A DNA stretch of 64,000 nt, taken from the NCBI GenBank assembly GCA_964016885.1, contig OZ024741.1, forward strand, positions 347,820,001 to 347,884,000, written 5' to 3'. The notes under the pieces are model-generated. The model was not told the origin of the DNA. It ran no database searches and saw only the letters and a list, made by a program, of their open reading frames with translations. Of the stretch, positions 59,622 through 64,000 are shown piece by piece. The number at the start of each line of letters is the position of its first letter. The first letter of the stretch is position 1. The translations under genes and the position numbers were made by a program. The DNA is from Eledone cirrhosa. Lineage: Eukaryota.

Positions 59622-60015
59622 GATGTGAATTAGGTTGTCAAACACGATTTTTTAATATATGTGGATGACCAAGCTGCTAATACTGCCAAGAGAATACACA
59701 CCCACTAAATGGTTTCACTCTTCTTCTATCTGCTTTACTCAGCTACTACATATTGTCATTTTTTGTGGACAAAATGTAGTAACAGATGTTGACCAAGAAG
59801 AGAATGTACAGAATATAAAAATTAGTGATTTATGAGTTACCAGAATATGTCACGAAGAGTTTGTCGAAGCAAGCAATAACAAATAATAGTGATAAAATGA
59901 AAGATTATGTAGTAGGTGGTTTCAATTGGCAATACTGGCAACATAACCACCCGCAAACAAACAAATATATATATATATATATATGCGTGAGTGTGTGTGT
60001 GTGTGTGTGTGTATG

Positions 60016-60047
<32 letters not shown>

Positions 60048-60121
60048 AGTGTGTGTATATATATATATATGTATGTACTTATGTATATATATATATATAT
60101 ATAAATATGTATATATATATA

Positions 60122-60762
<641 letters not shown>

Positions 60763-61487
60763 AAGTAATGAACCACTGAATAAGCACGTTTTTTATTGCC
60801 TTCACATTTGATTTTTCTCATTTTACGTGTTCCCACCTCTCATCACTCATCACCTTCTGTTTAACTTCTAGTTCTAACGCTATCTTGTGATGAAGGACTA
60901 GTGAGCAAAACGTTAAGGCAGCGTGAAACACATATACTTCTACCATGTACTGTGGCGTTTTTTCTTTGTTATTTTGTTATTACTTTTACATATATTAAGG
61001 AAGGCCTCCCTCAGAAATATAAAAACATCTCAAACTAGTGATACTTCTCATAAATATATGCATTGCAACATCAAATTTCTATTAATGGAAAATATTAATA
61101 AACATGCATATCATGTCACGACAATAACATCAACACAGAAAAATTAACAAAATAAAATATAAAAAACTATGCACCACATTAAGAATGTTAAATGAAATAT
61201 AATAGAGAGAAATGTGGAAATTATTTCTGAATGTAAAGATAATTTTCATGTCAAGAAAGCAATTAGATATCATTTAATTTCTCGGCTGTTACCAGATATA
61301 AAACATCGACAGAGATGAAAGAAACGGCACTTAGTAATTCCTATTAGTGCGGTTGATTTTACTCCTTTCTCCCGCCGCATTTATTGATCAAATACACCTG
61401 TCTTGTTTCCCTATATAATATCTTCTACATTGTCCCCTATAAACCTATACACATCCACATACACTCTTAATTACACACACAGATACG

Positions 61488-61559
<72 letters not shown>

Positions 61560-62249
61560 AATACGCATACACACACACACAGGAATACACACATATACAC
61601 ACAAACACGCATACACACACACATGCACATATTCATTATCTATCTTTCTCTCCTATGCACACATGAGTACACTCTCACACACGTACACTGTCATACATGT
61701 ATTAATCTTTTATGATGTCGTTGTTCGTATCTCATATCTTTTCACAAAATATCTGTCACATTGAATGCAAACAGTTGACACGTCAAACACGTAATTAACG
61801 TAAATTCACAAAACCTATCCATAGAATACATATACAATGTATTCTATTCATATATATTATTAATTTCACTCAACACAGAAGGTTGCTAAATAAGGTTTCA
61901 AAATCTGCTTGTGTATTGACTATAAATGTACCATATGATCCACCGATGATTTGCTTCTCTTCAAGTAACGATATAAGATTGCTGAATTTAATTCATATGA
62001 GATCTGTTGAGGTTAAAATGGGGTAAAAGCTAGGTATCTATTGATTATTCAAAAGGATAAATCTAATTATATGTTTATATATAGTTAAATTATGCTTGAA
62101 GCCATTGTATGCTAAACATGTGTATGTTTTCCAAACACATCCCACACTTCTTTGGCAGGGTGACGAAGTTTACTTACAAGCTTTTATGTTCTCAGTTTTA
62201 TCCCGCCGATGTACCAGTAGCGCCCTGGTACCGATTTAATCGACCTCAC

Positions 62250-63640
62250 CTTCTTCTTCTTCTTCTTCTTCTTCTTCTTCTTCTTCTTCTTCTTCTTCTT
62301 CTTCTTCTTCTTCTTCTTCTTCTTCTTTTTCTTCTTCTTCTTCTTCTTCTTCCTGAGAAGACCATGGAGACAGAGTCTTCAAACACTCATTACAGCAGGA
62401 CCTGTTAGAAGTAACCTTCTCCAACTGTTCCGGCCGGATCCCAAAGCAAGACCAACAACGCTAAGGATGTTATCCAACCATATTGACCCAGCACCTATAA
62501 TTCTTGCACTTAATCCAGCCTGCTGCATTCCATCAATCGTGAGCACAGCACCGATATACATTATTTTTTCCATTTATTTCAGTGGAACTCCTTTGACATG
62601 TGGAGGGCAATGCGTAGGATTCCTTGACAGACGGGCGACTTAGTTTGTGTAAGAATGAATTTCATTTCAGCTATACAGTACTAGGTACCAAACCTATTAA
62701 ACACAAGTCGGAGATCACCGTCTTCAAATTGCAGCCGACTGATTTTATACATGCCAGTCTAGCCGCTTGTTCCAAATATGTCAGGTCACTCTTGAGTGCT
62801 ACTTGTAGCATGTAACCCAGTACAACCTGTTACATGGTCGGGTCGCCGGCGACTAAATCGGCAACCCCACCAAGTTTACTTGGTGAAGAATATGATTTTG
62901 GACATCCTGCAGGACAAAGAAAAACTGACAAAGAGCGGAAGAGCTCATAACAGAGAACGGCCTACTACAAAAAAAAAAAAAAGAAAAGATTCTGCCAAAT
63001 CAATGGGTGGCAGTAGTTCCAGCTGCACGCATATAAAGTCTGGTGTAGTGGTTCTGAGAACAATGCGGCTTTGCAGAAGATCAATGTAAATTGACAATGG
63101 AGCCTGAATGCGCATGTCAATCCTGTTCATGAAAATGAGGAACAGGAGAGTTAAGAGAACGCATGTCTGACGGAATCCGTCTCCCAATTGAATGATTTTC
63201 ATTTATCACCATTTATCCAAACAAAAATACTCGGGCATTCGTCTAGAGACATCAGGGCAATAAGAAGCTGAACATCGTGTCCATAGCAGGTCCTGATAAA
63301 CGAGGTAATATGATTTTTCGACGTCTAGAGAACAAATAGATATCTCTTGCCAATACATCCAACATTTTTCGAAGACCTGCGGGAGTGTGAATATTTGATG
63401 GGCTGTGTTGCGTCTGGGGCGAAAATCAAACTGTTCATCACCTAGCTTAGACTCGACAATCTCTTTGTCAGACACTTAGCATAGACGTTACTGGAGAAGA
63501 TTAACAAGGAGATCCCTCTGTAATTATAATAATCTCTTTTGTCTCCTTTAATGAAAAGGTGGGATTATCACTTCCGATTGCCAATTCTTTGGTGCCTTTC
63601 CAGAGATCTAGGCCACCCGGCACACATGAGTCAGCCAGAG
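62250..63640 (-). mobile_element. Decayed RTE-clade LINE (RT domains) with (GAA)n 3' tail at 62250-62352
   Basis: IVESKLGDEQFDFRPRRNTAHQIFTLPQVFEKCW..SLDVEKSY, GFRQTCVLLTLLFLIFMNRI, MEKIMYIGAVLTIDG. Confidence 0.75.
62780..62985 (+). mobile_element. RTE 5' UTR-like fragment with A-tail nested in the minus-strand RTE
   Basis: Reverse-complement match to 6285-6412. Confidence 0.55.
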
Positions 63641-63769
63641 AATACCTTCACTATGTAAAACTTTTAAAATATTTTCAACCGCAATCACCATCACAAGAAC
63701 TACAAAATAGAATGAGCCCAACAAAAATCAAACCCAACACAACCCTAAAATTATCACAACCACTGAAAC

Positions 63770-64000
63770 CGCAAACATCATCACCACCATCATCATACTC
63801 ACTATAACAACACAAAATATAACAGAAACAACATATATATAACAATGACAACAGATGTATTAACAACAATATCAAAAATATGAACATCAACAAAAACATG
63901 AACAACAACAACAACAACATTAATAACAACAGTTATAGCAATGACTATAAGAAAAACATAAATTACAACAACAACAACAACAACAAAATACTTTTGCAGC
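63770..64000 (+). repeat. Degenerate (AAC)/(ATC)-rich low-complexity region
   Basis: Direct reading. Confidence 0.7.

Overview
AT-rich, microsatellite-dense animal genomic DNA, probably an octopod mollusc, judged from a tRNA-derived SINE that resembles Octopus SINEs as I recall them. I can support no host gene. Almost all ORF-track entries are microsatellite or antisense noise. The window is mostly retroelements, each sitting in a different simple repeat. (1) A ~25 kb head-to-tail array (23.66-49.1 kb) of L1/Tx1-like LINEs (ORF1 with CCHC knuckle; ORF2 APE-RT-Zn) from at least three subfamilies, with units bounded by (TATC)n at almost every junction. (2) Penelope-like elements (RT + C-terminal GIY-YIG, CxCx5C linker, Hydra-clade-like) in (TA)n, including one intact 737-aa ORF. 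(3) About ten fold-back cassettes made of PLE 3' ends; most carry hammerhead ribozymes or degenerate cores, and those all have their 3' ends pointing outward into (TA)n. (4) An R4/Dong-like RLE element in (TAA)n. (5) RTE remnants, one with a twister-like motif. The most notable signals are the multi-subfamily (TATC)n-targeted LINE array (conserved splice-donor-like ORF1 stop, structured UTRs, unassigned ORF1 C-terminal domain), the uniform polarity of the ribozyme fold-backs, and an ACTC..GAGT-GCTT tail hairpin shared by dissimilar PLE ends just 3' of where copies join (TA)n. All coordinates were read by eye and may be off by a few bases.
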